This document shows positions 48,120 through 56,477 of a stretch of DNA of 64,000 nucleotides, piece after piece. Numbering within the stretch: position 1 is the first letter of the stretch; the number at the start of each line of letters is the position of its first letter. The stretch comes from Candidatus Makana argininalis (GTDB lineage: Bacteria > Pseudomonadota > Gammaproteobacteria > Enterobacterales > Enterobacteriaceae): contig JBISJU010000001.1 of the NCBI GenBank assembly GCA_044442865.1, positions 31,402-95,401 of the forward strand, in the 5' to 3' direction. Under the pieces are notes generated by a model, which did no database searches, was not told where the DNA came from, and saw only the letters and a program-made list of their open reading frames with translations. A program made the position numbers and the translations under genes.

Positions 48120-49383
48120 TATAAAATTAAATTTTATTAATAAAATTAATAAAATATTTATTAAAAATATAAAAAACTATTCTAATTATTCATTAGAGCA
48201 TTTTAAAAATGCAAAAAAAATAGGCATTCATAATATAAAAGAATATAAATTCAAAGATAATAATTTAGATTTTATTTTAAAAAATAATTTTCATTTAGTT
48301 AGATCTTTTGAAGAATTAAATTTATTAAATGTTAAAAATATTCTTAATATAGATTCATATATGTTAGTATTTATCAATGGTTTTTTATCTTATAACTTAA
48401 GTAACATTAATACAAAAATATGGAAAGTTAAAATAGAAAAAGGTTTTAATAGAAAAAAATTACCTTTACATCTTAAATCAGATTTTTTTTTACATTTAAT
48501 TGAAAGTTTATCAGAAGAAACTGTAAAAATAACTTTACCAAAAAATAAAAATTCACTTAAACCATTATATTTATTACATATTAATTATGGAAATGTAAAT
48601 TCAAATATTGTTAATATGATTAATTATAGACATCATATAGATATTAAATCTTATTCTAAATGTCATTTAATAGAACACTTTTTAAGTGAAGGGGAAAAAA
48701 AATATTTTTGTGGATCACGTACTTCTATTATAGTTAATAAAATGTCATACGTAAATTATTTAAAAATATTTAATGAAAATAAAAATACATATCATATATG
48801 TAATGATGATATCATTATTAATAAAAATACAAAAGTAACTAGTAATATTTTTGTATTAAAATCTGGATTTAATAGAAATAACATAAATGTTAAAATACAA
48901 GGAAAAAAATCTAACATTGCAATTAAAAGTTTATCATTTATTTTAAATAACAATATTAATGAAATAATAACTCATGTTGAAAATAAAAAAAAATTTTGTT
49001 ATATTGATCAATTGCATAAATTAATAGTAAAAAATAACAGTATAGGTATATTTAATGGTGTTATAAAAATTTATAAAAATGCAATAAAATCCAAAAGTAA
49101 AATGATAAATAATAATTTAATATTAGATTCTTTATCAAAAATATTTACACAACCTAATTTAGAAATCAATACTGATGATGTGAAATGTAATCACGGCGCC
49201 ACTATTTGTAAAATTGATTTAAATCAAATATTTTATTTACAAACAAGAGGGGTTTCATTTAAAGATGCTAAAAAAACTTTAATTTTAGCATTTACTAATG
49301 ATTTAATAGAAATTAATTTTAATAAAAAATTATTTAATCTTTTATTATTTGAAATTAATAATATATTAATGGGTATACTATAA
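48100..49383 (+). CDS. sufD: Fe-S cluster assembly protein SufD
   Basis: The ORF is open from TTG 48085. ATG 48100 has the best-spaced AGGA, so the start is uncertain by up to 15 nt. PNLEINTDDVKCNHGATICKIDLNQIFYLQTRG matches the SufD C-terminus. Confidence 0.87.
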   Translation: MVLLKNNIKLNFINKINKIFIKNIKNYSNYSLEHFKNAKKIGIHNIKEYKFKDNNLDFILKNNFHLVRSFEELNLLNVKNILNIDSYMLVFINGFLSYNLSNINTKIWKVKIEKGFNRKKLPLHLKSDFFLHLIESLSEETVKITLPKNKNSLKPLYLLHINYGNVNSNIVNMINYRHHIDIKSYSKCHLIEHFLSEGEKKYFCGSRTSIIVNKMSYVNYLKIFNENKNTYHICNDDIIINKNTKVTSNIFVLKSGFNRNNINVKIQGKKSNIAIKSLSFILNNNINEIITHVENKKKFCYIDQLHKLIVKNNSIGIFNGVIKIYKNAIKSKSKMINNNLILDSLSKIFTQPNLEINTDDVKCNHGATICKIDLNQIFYLQTRGVSFKDAKKTLILAFTNDLIEINFNKKLFNLLLFEINNILMGIL

Positions 49384-50603
49384 TGAATTACCCTATAGAA
49401 AAAATTAGATATAATTTTCCTATGCTTTCAAAAATAATAAATAATAAAAAAATTTCATATCTTGATAATGCATCAACATCTCAGAAGCCTAATTTAGTTA
49501 TAAATTGTATAAATAATTATTTTAAATATTTTTATTCTTCTATAAATCGTAGTATTTATAAATTATCTAATTATTCAACTTATAAAGTAGAATTTATTAG
49601 AAAACAAATTTCAAATTTTATAAATTCTATATCTTCTGATGAAATTATTTTTGTAAAAGGATCTACAGAAGGAATAAATCTTGTCGCCAATAGTTGGGTA
49701 AAGAATAATTTAGAAAATGGTGATAATATTTTAATTACTGAAATGGAACATCATTCTAATATTGTACCATGGCAAATAATTTCCAAAGAAAAAAAAATAA
49801 AGATTAATTATATTCCTTTATTACCTGATGGAACTCTTAATGTATCAAAAATATATTCTTTAATTAATGAAAAAACAAAATTTTTTTCATTAACACAAAT
49901 ATCTAATGTATTAGGAACCAGAAATAATATATCAAAAATAATTAAAAAAGTAAGATCTATAAAAAAAATTTTAATTTTAGTTGATGGTTCACAAAACATT
50001 ATGCATCATAAAGTTAATGTACAGAATTTAGACTGTGATTTTTATGTATTTTCAGGTCATAAAATGTATGGACCTTCTGGTATAGGTATTTTATATGTAA
50101 AAAAATCTATTTTAAAAAAAATGAAACCATGGGAAGGAGGTGGTGCAATGATTAAAAATGTTAGTTTAAATAAAGGTAGTATGTTTTCTGAAATTCCATT
50201 TAAATTTGAAGCAGGCTCTATTAATATTATAGGAATAATTGGTTTAAGTGCAGCAATTGATTATATTGAAAGTATAGGAATTAATAAAATTCAAAAACAT
50301 GAAAATAATATAATGAAATATACAATGGAATTATTAAAAATTATTCCAGGAATAATTATTTATGGACCTAATGTTCGTACTGGTACAATATCATTTAATT
50401 TAGGAAATCATAATTCATATGATGTAGGAATATTTCTTGATCAATATGGTATATCTATAAGAACTGGAAATCAATGTGCTATACCTATAATGTCTTATTT
50501 TAAAGTTCATAGCATGTGTCGTTTATCACTTGCGATGTATACAGATAAAAAAGATATAGATCAACTTATATGTGGTTTATATAGAATAAATAATATTTTA
50601 TAA
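49383..50603 (+). CDS. sufS: cysteine desulfurase SufS
   Basis: 406-aa ORF. PLP-Lys motif SGHKMYGPSGIG and catalytic Cys in RTGNQCA. The start overlaps the sufD stop (TAATG). Confidence 0.94.
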   Translation: MNYPIEKIRYNFPMLSKIINNKKISYLDNASTSQKPNLVINCINNYFKYFYSSINRSIYKLSNYSTYKVEFIRKQISNFINSISSDEIIFVKGSTEGINLVANSWVKNNLENGDNILITEMEHHSNIVPWQIISKEKKIKINYIPLLPDGTLNVSKIYSLINEKTKFFSLTQISNVLGTRNNISKIIKKVRSIKKILILVDGSQNIMHHKVNVQNLDCDFYVFSGHKMYGPSGIGILYVKKSILKKMKPWEGGGAMIKNVSLNKGSMFSEIPFKFEAGSINIIGIIGLSAAIDYIESIGINKIQKHENNIMKYTMELLKIIPGIIIYGPNVRTGTISFNLGNHNSYDVGIFLDQYGISIRTGNQCAIPIMSYFKVHSMCRLSLAMYTDKKDIDQLICGLYRINNIL

Positions 50604-50623
50604 TAAAATATAGGATATTAAAA

Positions 50624-51055
50624 ATGATCAATTTTCCTGATTTAAATAAATTTGTTTTAAATTTTTTTTTATGTAAAACATGGGAAGAAAAATATTTATA
50701 TATAATGGAATTAGGGGAATATGGATTATATATTCACAAAAACATTAGAAAAGATACTAATTTAATAAAAAATTGCCAAAGTAAAATATGGATATTGCTA
50801 TTAATAAATCATGAAGGTAAATTTCTATTTTATGGGGATAGTAATACATCTATAACAAAAGGTTTAATATCAATAATTAATATATATTATAAAAATATGA
50901 ATATATTAGAAATCATTAATTATGATATTAATTTTTTTTTTGATAAATTATGTATTAAAAATCATTTATCACAAAATAGATCTTATAGTTTAGATATTAT
51001 AGTGAAAAATATAATATACAAATCTGCTTTATATATTAAAAAAATATTAATTTAA
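50624..51055 (+). CDS. sufE: sulfur acceptor SufE
   Basis: 143-aa ORF. WEEKYLYIMELG and NCQSKIW (Cys51 equivalent) match SufE. Confidence 0.9.
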   Translation: MINFPDLNKFVLNFFLCKTWEEKYLYIMELGEYGLYIHKNIRKDTNLIKNCQSKIWILLLINHEGKFLFYGDSNTSITKGLISIINIYYKNMNILEIINYDINFFFDKLCIKNHLSQNRSYSLDIIVKNIIYKSALYIKKILI

Positions 51056-51067
51056 ATTATTTTAAAA

Positions 51068-51093
51068 TAAATGGCGCATATATGCGCCATTTA
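51068..51093. terminator. GC-core hairpin terminator between the convergent genes sufE and lpp
   Basis: A perfect 13-bp-arm palindrome, TAAATGGCGCATA/TATGCGCCATTTA. It is followed by UUUU on the lpp (minus) transcript. It is the only GC-rich element in this spacer. Confidence 0.65.
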
Positions 51094-51104
51094 AATAAAT
51101 AAAT

Positions 51105-51338
51105 TTATTTATTATTTATATTATATTTTTTATTTATAATATTACTATATTTTATAATATTATTTTTAATTTTTTTAATTTCTAATTTAACTCCATTAAT
51201 ATCATTTTCTATATGATATATTTTATTATTTATATTTTGAATATCATTAAATAATTTATCTATTTTATCATTACTTGAACAACCAACTAAAAGAAAAGAT
51301 AAAACAAATATTATACCTATTAATATTTTTTTATTCAT
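51105..51338 (-). CDS. lpp: major outer-membrane (Braun) lipoprotein
   Basis: 77-aa ORF. Lipobox LLVGC-SSN, heptad-repeat body, and C-terminal Lys. Collinear with E. coli Lpp (LLAGCSSNAKIDQLSSDVQ...YRK). Lies between suf and pykF, as in E. coli. Confidence 0.88.
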   Translation of the reverse strand: MNKKILIGIIFVLSFLLVGCSSNDKIDKLFNDIQNINNKIYHIENDINGVKLEIKKIKNNIIKYSNIINKKYNINNK

Positions 51339-51412
51339 TTATTATTACCTATATTTTAATTTAAAAATAAAATTTAATATAAATTAATTTATTAATTAAA
51401 TAAAAAATAATT

Positions 51413-52822
51413 TTATATTATATGTACTGATATATTGTTTGTTATTTTTTTTTCAATAATATTTTTAGAAATTACAATAATTTTATCTTTTTTAAAAGCT
51501 AAGTGTTTTTCTAATGCTATAAATTTACCAAGATGATATAAATCATTTATGTTTTTAGTTTTTTGTATTAATTGACAATTTAATCCTTTAATTATTAATA
51601 ATTGTTTTGCTGTTATTATATTATTTGTTAAAGCTAATATTTTAGATTTAGGAAAATATTTACGTATTAATTTTGCTGATTTTCCACTTTTAGTTTCTAC
51701 TATTATTAAAGAAACTTTTAGTATTCTCGCAATTTTTACAGCACCAAAGCATATAGATTCAGTTGTACTTTTTTTATTATGTTTAATATCAATAAAATTA
51801 TTTTTGAAAATTTCATCTGTTTTTTTACAAATATTAGACATAATACAAACAGATTGTAATGGATATTTACCATTAGCACTTTCACCAGATAACATTACAG
51901 CATCTGTTCCATCAATAATAGCATTTGCTACATCACCAGCTTCAGCTCTAGTAGGTCTAGGATTTTTAATCATTGAATTTAACATATGAGTTGCTGTAAT
52001 TACTGTTTTACCTATTAAATTACATTTTTTTATAATCATTTTTTGAGCAAAAATTACATCTTCAATGGGAATTTCAACTCCAAGATCACCTCTAGCAATC
52101 ATAATACCATCTGATAATTTTAATATTTCATCAAAATTTTTTAATCCTTCTTTATTTTCAATTTTAGAAAAAATTTTTATATTTTCACCACCATACTTGT
52201 TTAAATATTTACGTATTTCTTTAATATCATTTTTATTTCTTATAAAAGATGCAGCTATAAAATCAACTCCTTGTTCACAACCAAATATTAAATCTTTTTT
52301 ATCTTTTTTAGATAATATAGATATTTTAATAACAACTTCTGGAATATTTATTCCTTTATTTTCTCCTAAAAATCCACTATTATTGACTTTACAAATTACT
52401 TCGTCATTTATTATTTTTAACACCTTCATTTCTAATAATCCATCATCTATTAGAATTTTATTACCATAAACTAAATTTTTAAAAAAATATTTGCAGTTAA
52501 CTGCAATTTTATTTTTATTTCCTAAAAAATATTTATCTGTAGTAAAAGAAAAAATTTGACCTGAATTAAGAAAAACTTCTTTATTTTTTTTAAATTTCAT
52601 AGTACGTATTTCAGGACCTGAGGTATCTAACATTATAGCTATTTTTTTATGTTTTTTTTCTAAAACTTGTCTTAAATTTAAAATTCTATTTTTATGTTCT
52701 GTATGATTTCCATGAGATAAATTAAGACGTATTACATTTATTCCTGAATCAATAAGATTAGAAATTAATTTTTTAGATTCTGTTTTTGGACCAATTGTAC
52801 AAACAATTTTAGTTTTTTTCAT
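51413..52822 (-). CDS. pykF: pyruvate kinase I
   Basis: 469-aa ORF. MKKTKIVCTIGPKTES, MIARGDLGVEIP, NPRPTRAEAGDVANAI. The match to E. coli PykF and the lpp-pykF synteny favour pykF over pykA. Confidence 0.92.
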   Translation of the reverse strand: MKKTKIVCTIGPKTESKKLISNLIDSGINVIRLNLSHGNHTEHKNRILNLRQVLEKKHKKIAIMLDTSGPEIRTMKFKKNKEVFLNSGQIFSFTTDKYFLGNKNKIAVNCKYFFKNLVYGNKILIDDGLLEMKVLKIINDEVICKVNNSGFLGENKGINIPEVVIKISILSKKDKKDLIFGCEQGVDFIAASFIRNKNDIKEIRKYLNKYGGENIKIFSKIENKEGLKNFDEILKLSDGIMIARGDLGVEIPIEDVIFAQKMIIKKCNLIGKTVITATHMLNSMIKNPRPTRAEAGDVANAIIDGTDAVMLSGESANGKYPLQSVCIMSNICKKTDEIFKNNFIDIKHNKKSTTESICFGAVKIARILKVSLIIVETKSGKSAKLIRKYFPKSKILALTNNIITAKQLLIIKGLNCQLIQKTKNINDLYHLGKFIALEKHLAFKKDKIIVISKNIIEKKITNNISVHII

Positions 52823-53270
52823 AAATTTAATTAATAAATATTTTATTATATAACATTATTTTATTATTTTTAAAAAGTTAAAAAAATAAAAAATAATTTT
52901 ATATAAATTTATTTAAAAAATATAATTTAAATTTTATTAAATATAAAATAATTACATTATTAAATTTAATATACGTTCTATTGTATTTTAATCATTTATC
53001 CTTATTACCTAATAATACTCTAAATTATATGAGATAATAACGTATTTTAAAAATATTAATTTTATATTTATATATATTTATTTAAAATAATATTTATATA
53101 GTTAATATTATAATATATTTAAAATATTTTATATATATTAATTTTAATTAAATTATATATAGAATATAAATAATATTTAATTATAATTTAATATTAAAAT
53201 TTAATAAAAATATTGTATTAAAAATAAAATATTTATAATTTTAAAAAAATTAAAAAATTTTTTAAAAATT

Positions 53271-53363
53271 GGAGGAGTAGCTAAGTGGTTTAAAGCACCA
53301 GTTTTGAAAACTGGCAAAGATTATAAAAAAAATCTTTCGTGGGTTCAAATCCCACCTCCTCCT
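53271..53363 (+). tRNA. tRNA-Ser (TGA)
   Basis: GGAGGAG acceptor pairs with CTCCTCC. Anticodon stem-loop CCAGT-TTTGAAA-ACTGG (anticodon TGA). Long variable arm AAAGAT-loop-ATCTTT. T-arm GTGGGTTCAAATCCCAC. Confidence 0.88.
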
Positions 53364-53415
53364 AAATTATTTATTAAGAACAAAATAAAATATTATTATA
53401 AATAAAGAGTAAATA

Positions 53416-54051
53416 TTGTCAAAATTTTTAATTTTTCGTCAATTGAATTTACAAAATTATAAAAAAATTGTATTAAAAATGAAATATTTTAGTAAAAATA
53501 GAAATAAATATAGTAATGATGAAATATGGTTATCTAATCATTTTAAAGTTTTTACACAAGGTAAAATTATTAAAAATAATAATTTTATTCAAAGTAGTAA
53601 TATACCTGTAAATAAAAGTGATAGGGGGGGGGAAATTACATTTCATGGACCAGGTCAACAATTAGTATATTTTTTATTAGATCTTAAAATTAATAAATTA
53701 AGAATTTTTGAATTAATTATTTTATTAGAAAAAATAATTATTTCAACTTTATATAAATTCAATATTTTTTCTCATTCTATTAAAAATTCTCCTGGTATTT
53801 ATATAAGATTTTACAAAATATGTTCTATTGGTTTAAATATTATTAAGGGATGTTCTCTGTATGGATTATCTTTAAATATAAAGATGGATATGTCGCCTTT
53901 TTTATATATAAATCCATGTGGATATAAAAATTTAAGAATGACTCAAATAAGTGATCTTTACCCTAAAATTAAAATTTTAAATATATTTAAAATAATAATA
54001 TTAGAATGTATAAAATTTTTAAAAATTAAAAAATATAAAATTATTTTTTAA
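53416..54051 (+). CDS. lipB: octanoyltransferase
   Basis: 211-aa ORF with a TTG start. DEIWLSNHFKVFTQG, SDRGGEITFHGPGQ, KICSIG (Lys) and NPCGY (Cys) match LipB. Contains a G9 run. Confidence 0.9.
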   Translation: MSKFLIFRQLNLQNYKKIVLKMKYFSKNRNKYSNDEIWLSNHFKVFTQGKIIKNNNFIQSSNIPVNKSDRGGEITFHGPGQQLVYFLLDLKINKLRIFELIILLEKIIISTLYKFNIFSHSIKNSPGIYIRFYKICSIGLNIIKGCSLYGLSLNIKMDMSPFLYINPCGYKNLRMTQISDLYPKIKILNIFKIIILECIKFLKIKKYKIIF

Positions 54052-54114
54052 AAAATTTATTTTTAAATATTACTATTAATAATTTTATATTTAAATTATG
54101 GAATTGAAATTAAT

Positions 54115-55071
54115 ATGAATAAAAAAATATATTTAAGTAAAAAAAATAATATAAAATCATCAAATAATATACCTATAAAAATAATAAATAAAGAAAATAA
54201 AATCAAAAAAATAAAAAAACCTTACTGGATAAAAAATAAAATACCATTTAAAAATAAACTAATAAAAAAAATTAAAAAAATTATTATTAAAAATAAATTA
54301 AATTCTGTATGCGAAGAAGCATTATGTCCAAATCTACCAGAATGTTTTAATTCTGGAACAGCATCGTTTATGATTTTAGGAAATGTTTGTACTCGTAATT
54401 GCCCTTTTTGTAATATTAATCATGGCAGACCAATATCTAAAAATTATAAAGAACCTTTTAATCTTTCCAAAGCTATCAATGAAATGAAATTAAAGTATGT
54501 TGTAATTACTTCTGTTAATCGTGATGATCTTCATGATGGAGGATCAAAACATTTCGCAAAATGTATTAAAATTATTAGAAAAAAAAGTCATAATATTAAG
54601 ATTGAAATATTAGTCCCAGACTTCAAAAATTGTATAAATGTAGCTTTAAATATAATTAATTTACATACCCCGGATGTATTTAATCATAATATTGAAAATG
54701 TACCAAGATTGTATAAAAAAATTAGACCTGGTGCTAACTATTTCAAATCTCTTCGGTTACTTGAAAAATTTAAATTTTTTAATCCTAAAGTACAAACCAA
54801 ATCAGGTATTATGATTGGTTTAGGTGAAAAAAAAAAAGAAATTTTAAATGTATTGAAAGATCTAATTAATTGTGGTGTAAATATGATAACAATTGGTCAA
54901 TATTTACAACCTTCTTCTTATCATTTACCTGTTAAAAGATATGTTAGTCTAGAAGAATTTAAATATATTAAAAATGAAGCACTAACAATGGGTTTTAAAA
55001 ATGTTTATTGTGGACCATTTGTACGTTCATCATATCATGCAGATTTACAATCAAAAAATTTATTAAATTAA
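54115..55071 (+). CDS. lipA: lipoyl synthase
   Basis: 318-aa [15 protein letters not shown] and the radical-SAM CTRNCPFC motif. Confidence 0.96.
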   Translation: MNKKIYLSKKNNIKSSNNIPIKIINKENKIKKIKKPYWIKNKIPFKNKLIKKIKKIIIKNKLNSVCEEALCPNLPECFNSGTASFMILGNVCTRNCPFCNINHGRPISKNYKEPFNLSKAINEMKLKYVVITSVNRDDLHDGGSKHFAKCIKIIRKKSHNIKIEILVPDFKNCINVALNIINLHTPDVFNHNIENVPRLYKKIRPGANYFKSLRLLEKFKFFNPKVQTKSGIMIGLGEKKKEILNVLKDLINCGVNMITIGQYLQPSSYHLPVKRYVSLEEFKYIKNEALTMGFKNVYCGPFVRSSYHADLQSKNLLN

Positions 55072-55164
55072 TTTAAACATATAGTTTATTTAATATTTTT
55101 TCATTTTTTAAAAATATTTAAATATTAATTTAAGTTTAATTAAAAATATTAAAAAAATTAATTT

Positions 55165-56262
55165 TTAAATATTAATATTAATTATTTTAAATTTTTCTAA
55201 AAAATTTAATTTACATAAATAAAATTTATTTATTATTTTATCTGATAATTTATAAAAATTTTTTATTATCTTTTTTTTTTCAAAAATAAAATTTTTATCA
55301 AAAAAAATACTATTTAAAATTCTTAAAAATATATTTTCAACCCATATTTTATATGAAATATTTGTAATTAATTTATTTAAAATACAAGATGTAAATTTAT
55401 TAACTTTACTAATTTTATATGATACAAAAATAGAATATTTAAAAGAATAACCTGTGGTATTATTTAACAAACCAGCTCTCAATCCACTACAAGGAATTTT
55501 TATATTTTTAATAAAAAAATTAAAATTATTATATATATAAATAGGAATTATCCCTTTTTCTTCTTTTCTAATATTTTTGATATTAAAGTTATTTTTTTTT
55601 AAAAATTTTAATATATTACTGTTATTAATTTTAGTATTTAAATTTAAATTATTTAAGTAAATTGTATCTTCAATAAAAATTGAATATGGAGAAATTGGTA
55701 AAATATATAAAAATCTATATCCATTTTTTTGATTAATTTTAGAATCTATAATAATTGGATTTTTAATATTATGATTTATATTAAGTTGAATTTCTTGACC
55801 AAAAAAATATTGAAAATAATATTTTATATTATTATTTTTTTTATAACCACGGCCGTCAATTATTATTTCTGCATTTAATATTAAATTATTATTTAATTTT
55901 AAAGTATGATCACTTAAAATACTAACAACATACTTAAATAATATTTTTTTTTTAAAAAATTTATTTATAAATTTATAAAATTTATATGAAGTAATAGTTA
56001 AATATTCTTTTTTTATTAATCTTCTATATTTATTAAAATTTACAATATATGTAGGCCAAAAATAATCAATAATTGGCAATAACCAATTATTTTTAATTAA
56101 TAAATTATTGGTAAGGTGAAAAGACCATTTTTTGTTGTTTTTTATATTTTTTTTTTCAATTAATAAAATATTTAACTCGGGAAAATATTGTTTTAAACGA
56201 ATAGCAATAAGTCCATTAGATAATCCCACACCGATAATAATTATACTGAAATATAATTTCAT
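55165..56262 (-). CDS. crtY: lycopene beta-cyclase, CrtY type (stand-alone)
   Basis: 365-aa intact ORF, collinear with Pantoea CrtY as I remember it: IIGVGLSNGLIAIRL / LVGAGLANGLIALRL; WSFH; WPTYIVNF / WPDYQVRF; IIDGRGY / VIDGRGY; QNGYRFLYILPISP..IEDT / QNGYRFVYSLPLSP..IEDT; CSGLRAGLLNNTTGYS / CSGLRAGLFHPTTGYS. Confidence 0.8.
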   Translation of the reverse strand: MKLYFSIIIIGVGLSNGLIAIRLKQYFPELNILLIEKKNIKNNKKWSFHLTNNLLIKNNWLLPIIDYFWPTYIVNFNKYRRLIKKEYLTITSYKFYKFINKFFKKKILFKYVVSILSDHTLKLNNNLILNAEIIIDGRGYKKNNNIKYYFQYFFGQEIQLNINHNIKNPIIIDSKINQKNGYRFLYILPISPYSIFIEDTIYLNNLNLNTKINNSNILKFLKKNNFNIKNIRKEEKGIIPIYIYNNFNFFIKNIKIPCSGLRAGLLNNTTGYSFKYSIFVSYKISKVNKFTSCILNKLITNISYKIWVENIFLRILNSIFFDKNFIFEKKKIIKNFYKLSDKIINKFYLCKLNFLEKFKIININI

Positions 56263-56304
56263 ATATATTATATTTAAAGTTTAATAATAAATATATTATT
56301 TTTA

Positions 56305-56395
56305 AATTTATAATATTGTTATTATATTTATAAAATTAATTATTTATTAATATTAAGTATTTTATATTATAAATATAATAACAATATTATAAATT
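56305..56395. repeat. perfect 29-bp inverted repeat with a 33-nt spacer between lon and crtY
   Basis: 56305-56333 (AATTTATAATATTGTTATTATATTTATAA) is the exact reverse complement of 56367-56395. Confidence 0.9.
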
Positions 56396-56477
56396 AAAAA
56401 GTATTTAAAAAAATTAATCTTTTTAATAAAATATATATAATAATTAAATTATATATTTAAATTTTTTAAATATTAAA

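Noticed and set aside
52065-52469. 134-aa ORF (and the 61-aa ORF at 51804-51989) antisense to pykF
   Set aside because: Shadow ORFs inside a strongly conserved gene, with no start context or motifs.
24342-56395. The five long inverted repeats as copies of one MITE or IS-derived element
   Set aside because: The arms share no common termini or internal sequence, beyond a chance-level A/T 13-mer between two of them. No target-site duplications flank them, and no transposase is present.
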